Assembly (NCBI GenBank): GCA_963733035.1
Contig: CAVTBU010000005.1
Coordinates: forward strand, 2,400,001 to 2,464,000
Length of the DNA stretch: 64,000 nt
Source of the DNA: Pirellulales bacterium
Lineage (GTDB): Bacteria; Planctomycetota; Planctomycetia; Pirellulales; PALSA-1355
Direction of reading: 5' to 3'
The notes beneath the pieces were generated by a model, which was given only the letters and a program-made list of their open reading frames with translations, had not been told where the DNA came from and did not search any database. Position 1 is the first letter of the stretch; each line of letters opens with the position of its first letter. This document shows positions 1 through 9,355 of this stretch, piece by piece. The translations under genes were made by a program, and so were the position numbers.

Positions 1-102
1 GAAAATGTCGGGATGGTCGGCCGACGCCTGCGAGGCGCCAATGCAGAGCAGCGAGCCCAGCACAAAGGCGGCCAGCGCAGCGCGCATCAGGGTACGTACC
101 AT
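1..102 (-). CDS. N-terminus of a secreted protein (partial, runs off the window)
   Basis: Minus strand reads MVRTLMRAALAAFVLGSLLCIGASQASADHPDIF..., a signal peptide with an A-S-A cleavage site. A strong AAGGAGG Shine-Dalgarno lies upstream. Confidence 0.75.
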   Translation of the reverse strand, partial: MVRTLMRAALAAFVLGSLLCIGASQASADHPDIF

Positions 103-530
103 TGCCGTATTCCTCCTTGAACGGAATGATGGGGACGGGGTTCTATCGCCCGCCGCACGTCAGCCAGACCGGCCGCTGCCGGTGGCCGCCAGGGGGGCAC
201 GCTTGGGATGTGATTCGTAGGTGCCGGGGGCGGGTGGCGGCCAGGAATCTGGCCGCCGAATCCCCCACAAAGAATCTCGGCCGGGGCGGCTTCTGCGAGT
301 GAGCCTTTGTGTGTCGATTGTGGCAATTACGCCTGTTCTGCGGCAGTTTTCGCCCGACTGCGGCTGACTGAACGGGGTATAATCGGTATATTCGGCACAG
401 GCGGAATTCCCTTCCGCGCCGTCGACACGGATGGTCGAGTCCCCTCGCCTGCCTATGGAGTGCGCCGCGGGCTCTCCCCTCCGTTTTATGCCTCCCGCAA
501 GCTATACCACCTTTGACTACTTATATATAG

Positions 531-2663
531 ATGGCCAAGCAACCCAGCAAAGCCGGCAAGCGCCCCCGCAAAGCTCCCCCCAAAAGCAAGCGCCAGGTGG
601 CCGAGACCGCTAGCGACGTCGTCGAGCACGAAACGGCCGAGGCCAGCGAGAATATCGCCGCGACAAACGGCCACAAGTCGCGTCGCCGGGCCACCGCCCA
701 GAGCATGGCTGCCAGTCAGCGCGATATCTCGGTCAGCGAGTTCTTCGCCAAGAATCGCCACCTGCTCGGCTTCGATAACCTGCGAAAGGCCCTGCTCACG
801 ACGATCAAGGAAGCGGTCGACAATTCGCTCGACGCATGTGAAGAGGCCGGCATCTTGCCAGAAATCTGGGTGCACGTCGAACAAACTGGCACGAACCGCT
901 ACAAGGTGGGCGTGCAGGACAACGGCCCGGGAATTCTCAAGAAACAGATTCCGCTGATCTTTGGCAAGCTGCTCTACGGCTCGAAGTTTCATCGCCTGCG
1001 AATGAGCCGCGGGCAGCAGGGCATCGGCATCAGCGCGGCCGGCATGTACGGCGTGCTAACCACCGGAAAACCGGTGAAAATCGTCTCGAAGACGTCGCCC
1101 CGCAAACCGGCGCACTACTACGAAATCAAAATCGACACCAAGCGCAACCTGCCGGAAATCCTCAACGGCCGCGGTGAAGGCGAAGACATTCCGCCGGGGG
1201 CCGCCGGCACCACCTACATCGAAAAGCACGGCATCGAGTGGATCGAGGTCGATCACGGCACGCGCGTAACGATCGAGCTCGAGGGCAAGTACGTGCGCGG
1301 AAAGGGAAGCGTCGACGAATACCTCGAACAGACGGCGATCGCCAACCCGCATGTCACGATCCATTATCTCGACCCCGAAGTCGGGGCGGGGCAGGGGGAA
1401 GAAAAACTCTACGAGCGCTCGACCGATTTGCTGCCGCGCGAACCGAAGGAAATCAAGCCGCACCCCTACGGCATCGAACTGGGCATGCTGGTCACCATGC
1501 TTTCCGACGCCCGCGGGCAGACGCTCTCGCAGTTTCTCACCTCGAGCTTCAGCAAAGTCAGCTCGGCGGTAGCTTCGCGCGTGTGCCAGACCGCCGGTGT
1601 TGGCACGCGCACCAGCACATCAAAAGTCGGCCGCAACGAAGCCGACAAACTGTTTCAGGCCTTGCGCGAGACGAGAATCGCCTCGCCCTCGACGGACTGC
1701 ATTTCGCCGATCGGCGAGGAGCTCTTGCTCAAGGGTTTGCATCACGTCGTGCCGGGGGAGTTTTACGTCGCCGCCACGCGGCCGCCGGCCGTTTATCGCG
1801 GTAATCCGTTTCAGATCGAAGTGGCCCTGGCCTATGGCGGCATGTCGAGTGCCAACCGCGTGCCATTCGACGTGTTGGAGCAACTGCTCAGCGAAACCGA
1901 CGCCCGCACGCTACGGCAGTTTTTAACGACCACGTTCTATGGCCTGGGGAGCGACGCGGCCGATCAGATCATCAAGGAGGCCGAGCTCAGCCCGCGTACT
2001 TCGGCTGGCAAGATGAAGCCCAAGGAGATCAAACGGCTGCACGAGGCCATGCGAAACGTCAATCTCGAAGCGGGCCAGACGATGAACGTGCTGCGGTATG
2101 CCAACCGCGTGCCGCTGCAGTTTCAGCCGGCCGCCTGTGCGATCACGCAAACCGTGATCGGCACCAACTGGCGAAGCTACGGGCTGAGCCAAACCCGGGG
2201 CGGCCTGCCAACCGGTCCGGTGACGATCATGGTGCACATGGCCAGCGTGTGGGTGCCGTTCACCAGCGAGTCAAAAGAGGCGATCGCCGGCTATCCGGAA
2301 ATTCAAAAGGAATTGCGGCTGGCGCTTCAATCGGCCGGACGGAAGCTGGGCATGTATCTGCGTCGCCGCCTGAAGGTCAAGCAGGAAGGAGAGCGCCGCA
2401 ACATCTTCCTCCGCTACCTGGGCGAAGTGGCCAACGCCGTGAGCGATATCAACAACGCCGACGCCAAAAAACTCTATGACCAACTATTGCTGGTCGCCAA
2501 GAAGAAGACCGCCACGGCCGACGCGAAGCTGGACGAGCGCGGCCGCATTATCGAAGAAACCGAAGAAGCCCTGGAAGCCGACCCCAGCGTGCTCATCGTC
2601 GAGAAACCGAGCGAAGTCGGCATCCGAGGAGCAGAGCAAACCAATGGCCAAACGAACTCGTAA
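531..2663 (+). CDS. top6B: DNA topoisomerase VI subunit B
   Basis: Motifs ISVSEFFAKNRHLLGF, EAVDNSLDA, VQDNGPG and SRGQQGIGISAA (GHKL ATPase); H2TH domain; transducer motifs RYANRVPL and VPFTSESKEAIA. Confidence 0.97.
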   Translation: MAKQPSKAGKRPRKAPPKSKRQVAETASDVVEHETAEASENIAATNGHKSRRRATAQSMAASQRDISVSEFFAKNRHLLGFDNLRKALLTTIKEAVDNSLDACEEAGILPEIWVHVEQTGTNRYKVGVQDNGPGILKKQIPLIFGKLLYGSKFHRLRMSRGQQGIGISAAGMYGVLTTGKPVKIVSKTSPRKPAHYYEIKIDTKRNLPEILNGRGEGEDIPPGAAGTTYIEKHGIEWIEVDHGTRVTIELEGKYVRGKGSVDEYLEQTAIANPHVTIHYLDPEVGAGQGEEKLYERSTDLLPREPKEIKPHPYGIELGMLVTMLSDARGQTLSQFLTSSFSKVSSAVASRVCQTAGVGTRTSTSKVGRNEADKLFQALRETRIASPSTDCISPIGEELLLKGLHHVVPGEFYVAATRPPAVYRGNPFQIEVALAYGGMSSANRVPFDVLEQLLSETDARTLRQFLTTTFYGLGSDAADQIIKEAELSPRTSAGKMKPKEIKRLHEAMRNVNLEAGQTMNVLRYANRVPLQFQPAACAITQTVIGTNWRSYGLSQTRGGLPTGPVTIMVHMASVWVPFTSESKEAIAGYPEIQKELRLALQSAGRKLGMYLRRRLKVKQEGERRNIFLRYLGEVANAVSDINNADAKKLYDQLLLVAKKKTATADAKLDERGRIIEETEEALEADPSVLIVEKPSEVGIRGAEQTNGQTNS

Positions 2664-3815
2664 AGCCGCCGCTCAGAACGGCAAGTCCGCCCCGGACAAG
2701 GAAAAGGTCGTCCTCAGCGATCGCGACAAGAAGACGCTCAAGGACCTGGTCGGGCTGGCGGATCGAATTGTCGTCGATGCCGAGAAGCGGCGCGATCCGT
2801 ACCTCGAGATTCCCACCCGCGCCTGTCGAACGTGCGCTACAACAAAGCCAAGCGGCGGATCGAAATGGGTTCGAACAAGAACCGCCGCCAACTATTCAAC
2901 CTCTCGCAAGCCAAGAGCTACATGCAGACGGTGCTGGTCGCCAGCGGCTGTAAACAACTGATCGAACAGGGCAAGACGCTCAGCTTGCGAGGTCTGTACT
3001 ACAAGCTCAAACACTCGGTCGAAGGTACCCGCGAGGAAACGTTCGAAGACCAGGACGAATGCGATCCGGTGATCGAGGACGTCGAAGTCGGCCTCAATAG
3101 CCTGCGCGAGGAGTTGCACCTGTATGCTTCGAACCGCGGTAATCTGGCCGGGCCGCTTACGCTATTCGATCACGCCACGGGCGACGAAATTGACTGCGCC
3201 CGGATGGGTTCGGCCGGGTACAGTATTCCGTCGATCGTCGAGAACGACGTGATCGAATTCAAGAAGTGCACGGCCAAGTTCATCCTGCACGTCGAAAAAG
3301 ACACCGTTTGGCGGCGGTTCTCGGAAGACAAGTTCTGGCAGAAGTACAACTGCATTCTCACGCACGGCAATGGCCAGCCTCCCCGCGGCGTGCGGCGAAT
3401 GCTCAGCAGACTGCACAACGAATACAAGCTGCCGGTCTACTGCCTGTTGGATAATGATCCGTGGGGATACTACATCTACAGCGTGATCAAACAGGGCTCC
3501 ATCAATCTGGCATTCGAATCCGCGCGGATGGCGATTCCCGAGGCCAAATTCCTGGGCCTGCGGTCCCGCGACTTCGAGCGCTGCGAACTCTCGCCCAGCG
3601 TGAAGATCAATCTCAGCGACACCGACATCAAGCGGGCCAGACAAATCGCCAACTATCCGTGGTTCGAGCACAAGAAGCCCTGGCAAAAGGAAATCGAGCA
3701 GATGCTCAAGAACGGCTTCAAGCTGGAAGTCGAATCGCTCATCTCCAAAGACATCAGCTACGTCACCGAGGTCTACACCCCCGAGCGGCTGGCGGAAGGC
3801 GATTGGCTGGATTGA
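2644..3815 (+). CDS. top6A: DNA topoisomerase VI subunit A (Spo11-like), with a 1-bp frameshift near 2821
   Basis: ATG 2644 (MAKRTRK...YLEIPTR) changes frame into LSNVRYNK. It carries SLRGLYY (catalytic Tyr region), EKDTVW and Toprim DNDPWG motifs, and overlaps top6B by 20 bp. Confidence 0.93.
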
Positions 3816-3884
3816 TTCATGCGGTGGCGCCGAGAACACGCGTCACCCAATTCCTCGAAATTCGGATGTGTCAGGGAAATCGCG

Positions 3885-5456
3885 ATGCCTGTTGACGGCC
3901 CGCCGCTGACGCACGCCAATCCCATCGCCGGCCTGCTGGATCGGGGTCTGGAAACCCGGCCCGATGAGCCCGCGCTCGTGTCCACCACGTCGCAACTGAG
4001 CTGGCGACAACTGGCCGATCTGAGCACTCGGCTCGCGGCAAGCTACCTGGCCCTGGGCCTTAAACCCGGCGATCGCGTGGCGTCGTTGATGCCTAATCGC
4101 CCGGCGCTCGTGGTACACTATTTGGCTTGCCTGAAGGCGGGCCTGGTGGCAACTCCGCTCAACTATCGCTACATGGCGCCGGAAATTGATCATGCTCTGG
4201 CGGTTAGCGGTGCCTCGTTGCTGCTGCACCACGCGGAGCGCGACGAGGACGTGGCCGCCACCCGGCTCGCGCGCCAACTGGCGCGCGGCGTCGTTCGCTA
4301 CGGGGCCGAAGACGGACACGGACGGCACTACGAAGATCTGATCACCCAACCGACGCCGAAGGTCGCGCTGCCAGCTCCCCATCTTGATGCGCCGGCGTTC
4401 ATCTACTTCACCTCCGGCAGCACCGGCAAGCCCAAGGGGGTCACGCATTCCCAGCGAACCTACGGCTGGATGATGGCCTCCACCATTCAAGGCATGGAGA
4501 TTTCGAGCGCCGACACGTTTTTGCCCGGCGCATCGTTTTCGCATATCGGCGGATCGCTGTTTGGGCTGTGCACGCTGGCCGCGGGCGCGCAATTGGTCAT
4601 TCCGCGCACAAGCGACAGCTCCGAAATCTTTCCGCTACTACGGGAACATCGGCCCACGGTGCTGTGGATGCTGCCGGCGGCGTTGATCAGCCTGGTTCGC
4701 GACCACGATGCCAATGCGGCCGACTTTTCGTCGATTCGGCTTTGCATGTCGGGCGGCGACAAGGTGGCCACGGAATTGGAGCTGGAGTTTACGTCCCTGG
4801 CCGGCTTTTCAATCGACGAAAGCTACGGGATGACCGAGATCGGACTGGCGACCATCAATCCGCCGTCGGGCGAAAACCGCGTGGGTTCGGTCGGCAAGCT
4901 CTGCCCCGGATACCAAATGTCGCTCCAGAACGACTCGGGCGGCGAAGTGCCGGTGGACAGTCCGGGGCGGTTGTGGATCCGCTCAATCACGAACATGACC
5001 GGTTATTGGAATAACGAACGCGCTACCGCCGAGACAATCAACGACGGCTGGCTCGACACGGGCGACGTGATGCGCGTCGACGCCGACGACTATCTCTGGT
5101 TCTGCGGCCGCAAGAAGCAGATCATCATTCACGACGGTTCGAACATCTGTCCGCAAGAGGTGGAAGAAGCCGTGGAGGAACATCCTGCAATCGCTGCGGC
5201 CGGCGTCGTCGGAGTCCACGACCTGGTTCACGGCGAAAACGTGCGCGCCTATGTCACACTCAAGCGCGGCGCGGCCCAACTCAACGCCGCCGAGGTCATC
5301 CGATTTGTGCGCCAGCGCATCGGATACAAAGCGCCGGAAGAAATCCTGGTCCTGCCCGAAATGCCGCTGACCGCCACGGGCAAACTCGATCGCGTGGCGC
5401 TCAAGCAACTGGCGGAAGAGCGTGTTGCCGGCAGCGCTGCGGGCAGGCAAATGTAG
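3885..5456 (+). CDS. AMP-binding enzyme / acyl-CoA synthetase
   Basis: Adenylation motifs YFTSGSTGKPKG, ESYGMTE, GWLDTGD and TGKLDR. Start taken at ATG 3885. Confidence 0.92.
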   Translation: MPVDGPPLTHANPIAGLLDRGLETRPDEPALVSTTSQLSWRQLADLSTRLAASYLALGLKPGDRVASLMPNRPALVVHYLACLKAGLVATPLNYRYMAPEIDHALAVSGASLLLHHAERDEDVAATRLARQLARGVVRYGAEDGHGRHYEDLITQPTPKVALPAPHLDAPAFIYFTSGSTGKPKGVTHSQRTYGWMMASTIQGMEISSADTFLPGASFSHIGGSLFGLCTLAAGAQLVIPRTSDSSEIFPLLREHRPTVLWMLPAALISLVRDHDANAADFSSIRLCMSGGDKVATELELEFTSLAGFSIDESYGMTEIGLATINPPSGENRVGSVGKLCPGYQMSLQNDSGGEVPVDSPGRLWIRSITNMTGYWNNERATAETINDGWLDTGDVMRVDADDYLWFCGRKKQIIIHDGSNICPQEVEEAVEEHPAIAAAGVVGVHDLVHGENVRAYVTLKRGAAQLNAAEVIRFVRQRIGYKAPEEILVLPEMPLTATGKLDRVALKQLAEERVAGSAAGRQM

Positions 5457-5477
5457 CCGACGCCGGATCGACAAAGA

Positions 5478-5601
5478 GCCGCAATGCGGCGAACGTTCGT
5501 AGCCCGCGGGCGTAAGCCCCTGGCGACGCGCGCCCGCATCGCGATCCCTCGCAATTCTCCCAGCGCCCGGGAGGGGCGACAGCGCTACCCCGTCGCCCCT
5601 C
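5478..5601. repeat. REP-like palindrome cluster / probable bidirectional terminator
   Basis: GCCGC-aat-GCGGC hairpin, a GTAG-led GC hairpin (5499-5523) and a perfect 10-bp inverted repeat GAGGGGCGAC (5571-5580) / GTCGCCCCTC (5592-5601), all between convergent genes. Confidence 0.55.
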
Positions 5602-5663
5602 TTTGTGTGACGAACCTGCGAACGTAAGCGAACCGCGAAGTCCTCTCGTGCCGCCAAAAGTTT

Positions 5664-6617
5664 TCACCCCCTCTCCAAATATCCCTCCAGCTTGTCGAAC
5701 GACCCAGTCCAGCCTTGGGCCATGCCGGCGCGGGCTTGGATAAAGGTGGCGAGCTCCTCGGGCGTGGTTTCGCCGTGGGGCTGCCAGGTGACGGTGACGC
5801 GGGTTTGCTCCGAGCCCTCGGGCGTTAGCTTGACCACGGTCAACATCGTGGCGGGCCAGGTGGGCGCCATCGGATGACGCGCGAGATTCTCTTGCTCGTC
5901 GCAAAACTGTTGCGTGTAGACAATGCAGTCAGGCTTGTCGATGCGCAGATAATCGACTCGCCCGTACATGCTGACGCCGGCGTCGTTGAACATCCGATAG
6001 TGGGCGCTGCCGCCGGGCTGGACGTCGCCCCGCAGGAACTCCATTTCGAATCCAGTGGGCGGCATCCATTTGGAAAGGTGCTCCGGATTCGTCCACATCT
6101 CGAACATCACGTCGAGGGGGGCGTCGAACGTGCGGTTGATCACGAACTCCTCTTTGCCGGATGACTCCTTTTCGAGGTATTCGGCCAGACGATCCCAGGT
6201 CGAATCGCCGCCGGCCCGCTTGATGAACTTGCGCGCTTCCGCGGCGGCCTCGGGCGTGGGCCACGCCATGGTCATGTCCATCTGAGTCTGGCCATCGACC
6301 TCGTTGAATTGCACCGTCACGTGGAACATCGCTGGACGATCGTCGTTGCCGCCGTGGTCGTAGACGAGCTTCGCACACTCTTCAACTTCGTGATAGACGT
6401 GCTTGTTCGGGTAATCCGTGCCGTCAGGGCCGTGCATCGTGTAGACCCAGGTGCCGCCGGGGCGTAGGTCCTTGCTGTGCGTGGTGAGGGTGAAACCGCG
6501 CGGGCCCCACCATTTGGCAACCTGCTCGGGATCGGTCCAGGCATCCCAGACGGCTGCGACGGGTGCATCGTAGACCCGCGTGATCGTGAGCTCATTGGAC
6601 TTATTTTTTGCGGGCAT
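5664..6617 (-). CDS. Tandem SRPBCC/AHSA1 (START-like) domain protein
   Basis: Two repeats of the ITRxxDAP...WTxPE...W and DxRPGG AHSA1 motifs. Confidence 0.92.
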   Translation of the reverse strand: MPAKNKSNELTITRVYDAPVAAVWDAWTDPEQVAKWWGPRGFTLTTHSKDLRPGGTWVYTMHGPDGTDYPNKHVYHEVEECAKLVYDHGGNDDRPAMFHVTVQFNEVDGQTQMDMTMAWPTPEAAAEARKFIKRAGGDSTWDRLAEYLEKESSGKEEFVINRTFDAPLDVMFEMWTNPEHLSKWMPPTGFEMEFLRGDVQPGGSAHYRMFNDAGVSMYGRVDYLRIDKPDCIVYTQQFCDEQENLARHPMAPTWPATMLTVVKLTPEGSEQTRVTVTWQPHGETTPEELATFIQARAGMAQGWTGSFDKLEGYLERG

Positions 6618-6966
6618 GTTTCTTTCCTTGCGAGGACTTTTTGGCGGTAACCGTTTTCAAATACGCTTCGAGGCGGTCGAAGCTCTCTTCCCAGAATTGG
6701 CGATACTGCTCCATCCAATCGGCCGCGTCCTTGAGTCCGTGGCCGTTGAGCTTGCAGGGGCGCCACTGTGCCTGCCGCGACTTGGTGATCAGCCCGGCCT
6801 TTTCCAAGACCTTCAGATGCTTGGTGACGGCCGGCAGGCTCATCTCCTTGCGAAACGGCCGAGCCAGGTCGGAAACACTGGCCTCCCCCTTGGACAGCCG
6901 CGCGAGCATGGCCCGGCGCGTCGGATCGGCGAGGGCGGCAAACGTTTGGCTGAGCGTGTCTGGCAT
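6601..6966 (-). CDS. ArsR/SmtB family transcriptional regulator
   Basis: FAALADPTRRAML...SLPAVTKHLKVLEKAGLI; typical ArsR-SRPBCC pair. Confidence 0.95.
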   Translation of the reverse strand: MPDTLSQTFAALADPTRRAMLARLSKGEASVSDLARPFRKEMSLPAVTKHLKVLEKAGLITKSRQAQWRPCKLNGHGLKDAADWMEQYRQFWEESFDRLEAYLKTVTAKKSSQGKKHARKK

Positions 6967-6972
6967 CGAATT

Positions 6973-7031
6973 ACACCGTGTGGTTAATTAACTTAATGGT
7001 TAAATATAGAGCCTCGACGCCGGGCTGTCAA
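6973..7031 (-). promoter_or_regulatory. sigma70 promoter plus tandem operator of the ArsR-SRPBCC operon
   Basis: Minus-strand TTGACA(7031-7026)-N17-TATATT(7008-7003). Two TAACC-N4-GGTTA-like imperfect palindromes lie at 6989-7002 and 6973-6986. Confidence 0.65.
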
Positions 7032-7148
7032 CTGGAACCTCGCCTCGACAAGAAATCGACGCGCCGCGATTGCCCTGGGAAGCTGTGCGCGGTTCGAAGT
7101 AGACTGATTGCAACTCGAGATCGCGGGCCCTGGGGAAAGTGACGGCCG

Positions 7149-8375
7149 GTGAATTCACCCATTTTGAATAGTTGCCTGGTAATCGGCACCACGGTCGCTG
7201 CGCTGATCGGCGTGTTTCACCCGCGGATGGTGAATTCCGTTACCTGGCGGGCCACGGTGACGCCGCTGGCCTCGATCATTGGCAGCGGCTTTTTGGTGCT
7301 GGCGCCGATTCTCAAGCACAGCTTCGGGCCCTGGGGCATTGCCGTGATGCTGGCGCTGTGCGTCGGCGCCTATTGGATTGGGGGAGCGATCCGCTTCAAT
7401 ATTGCCCGCTACAGCTATTATGGGCGGCAGGGGCTGGCGGTGCCGCGTCTCGTGTCGCGGCTGGAAGTAGTCGCGTCGTACCTGTTGGTGGCGGCCTACG
7501 GGATTTCTATCACTTACTACCTGAATCTTTTCGGGGCATTCTCGGTCAGTTTGACGACCGCCAACGATCAACTGCACGCGCGGCTCGTGACGACAGGAGC
7601 CATCGTGTTAATTGCGATGATCGGTTGGGTGCGAGGTTTCGCCGGCCTGGAGCGGGCCGAAGAAGGCACCGTCGGGCTGAAGCTGGGAATCATCGCCGGA
7701 CTGTTGGTCGGCCTGTTGGCTTTTTCCGTCGAGCAATGGGGTGCAATCGATGGCTCGTATTTCGCAAGCTCACAGCCGCTCAACTGGCAATCCATCACGG
7801 TGGCAATGGGGCTGATGGTCACCGTGCAGGGCTTCGAAACATCGCGCTATCTGGGCGACGAATTCGACGTGGCCACGCGCATTCGCACGATGCGTATCGC
7901 GCAGTGGATCTCATCGGCGATCTATTTGCTGTACATCGCCATCACGACATTCTGCTTTACCGAGCTGCAAGTGGGCAAAAGCGAGACGGCGATCGTCGGC
8001 ATGACCGAGTTGGTCGCACCCGTACTGCCAGTGATGTTGGTGGCGGCGGCCCTTGCCGCGCAGTTTAGCGCGGCCGTGGCCGATACGGCCGGCTGCGGAG
8101 GGCTGGCCTCCGAGACAACACATCACAAACTAAACGCACGGGTCACTTACGTGCTGGTTGGCGTGTTTGGAATCGGTCTCACCTGGTGGGCCAATATTTA
8201 TGCGATCATCGCGATTGCTTCGCGGGCCTTTGCCGCCTACTACGCGATTCAATGCGCCATTGCCGCGGTCTTCGAAGCACGGTCGGAAGCGAGCAATCGA
8301 CTTCGGGTGGCCGGCTACCTCGTACTGGCCACCGTGGCGGCCCTGATCGTTGTGTTTGGCCGCGCGGTGGAATAG
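7149..8375 (+). CDS. Multi-pass membrane protein, APC-superfamily-like permease
   Basis: About 11-12 hydrophobic segments; LASIIGSGF (TM1) and QGFETS (TM6) resemble APC signature regions. Confidence 0.75.
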   Translation: MNSPILNSCLVIGTTVAALIGVFHPRMVNSVTWRATVTPLASIIGSGFLVLAPILKHSFGPWGIAVMLALCVGAYWIGGAIRFNIARYSYYGRQGLAVPRLVSRLEVVASYLLVAAYGISITYYLNLFGAFSVSLTTANDQLHARLVTTGAIVLIAMIGWVRGFAGLERAEEGTVGLKLGIIAGLLVGLLAFSVEQWGAIDGSYFASSQPLNWQSITVAMGLMVTVQGFETSRYLGDEFDVATRIRTMRIAQWISSAIYLLYIAITTFCFTELQVGKSETAIVGMTELVAPVLPVMLVAAALAAQFSAAVADTAGCGGLASETTHHKLNARVTYVLVGVFGIGLTWWANIYAIIAIASRAFAAYYAIQCAIAAVFEARSEASNRLRVAGYLVLATVAALIVVFGRAVE

Positions 8376-8587
8376 GTTCCGGCAGTTTGATCGAGTCGGC
8401 TTGCGAATTCCTGTCGAACTGGCGGCATGGGTGGTGCTTCCGCGATGAGCGTCGCGAAAGTCGCTGCTTTGCGCGAAGGATCTGTGATCTGCCACGCGGG
8501 TTTGCTAGGATCAATCCCCTGAATCACCGTTAGTAACCGCAGCAAGCGGCGGCGGTGCGTTCAGTTCGGCAAGCAGCATAACGAGCG

Positions 8588-9174
8588 ATGACGCCAAAGC
8601 TCCTTCTTGAAATCGCGCTTCGAGTTATGGGGCTCTGGTTCTTCTTTAATTCGATTATCACTCTCGTGTCGACCGTCGCGGCCCTTTTCTCGCTCCCCGG
8701 TCAGCACAGCTATCTTTTGGGAGCCGTCGCGATAGGGATCGCGCAGTTCTTTCTTGGCGGACTGCTCGCATTCGGGCGCCTGCCGTAGCGACTTGGTTCT
8801 ACCCTCAGGTCGCCGAGCGCGAAGGGGATCGCGTTAGCGTCGGTCCGGGCGACGTCTATCGCACGGCCTGTTTCGTGCTCGGTGTCTGGTTGCTGATAGC
8901 CATAGTCGAGCCAGCTGAACGTTTGGTGACTGCCGGACTGAGCAGAAACCAATCCGGTCGATTCGCCGCCGATTCAGTGACGCTCATTGTTTATGCTGCC
9001 AGCGGTCTACTCCTCGTCTTTGGGTCGCGCCGCATCGCCGAATTGCTTTCAAACCTCCGCTACGATCCGGATACGATTCCCAAACAGCAGGTCAGTCTCG
9101 CAATGCTGCTGACCTTGATCGTGGTAGTCGCTATTGTCCTGGCAGCATTCCGGATGATCTCCCTCGCTTCTTAA
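8588..9174 (+). CDS. Hypothetical membrane protein, frameshifted near 8775
   Basis: ORFs 8588-8788 and 8875-9174 join (…LLAFG/APAVATWFYPQ…ACFVLGVW…) if one G is restored in the GGG at about 8774. Confidence 0.6.
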
Positions 9175-9355
9175 AGTTGGCTCGCAACCAGCGCCACACG
9201 ACATCCCGCGCCTTCGCCAGCAGAACCTGCGGAATTTGCGCGGTTGGAATGAACTATAGTTGTGAAGGCGCGGCGCATTTCACCATGGTTTGCCGCAATT
9301 GCTTGCGTCGCCCCAGCCAGGATGACACCAATCGCTCACTCACACCGTAACTAGT

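Noticed and set aside
2810..2835. Programmed ribosomal frameshift in top6A
   Set aside because: There is no slippery heptamer or stimulatory structure, and many similar indels occur across the window, which points to sequencing error.
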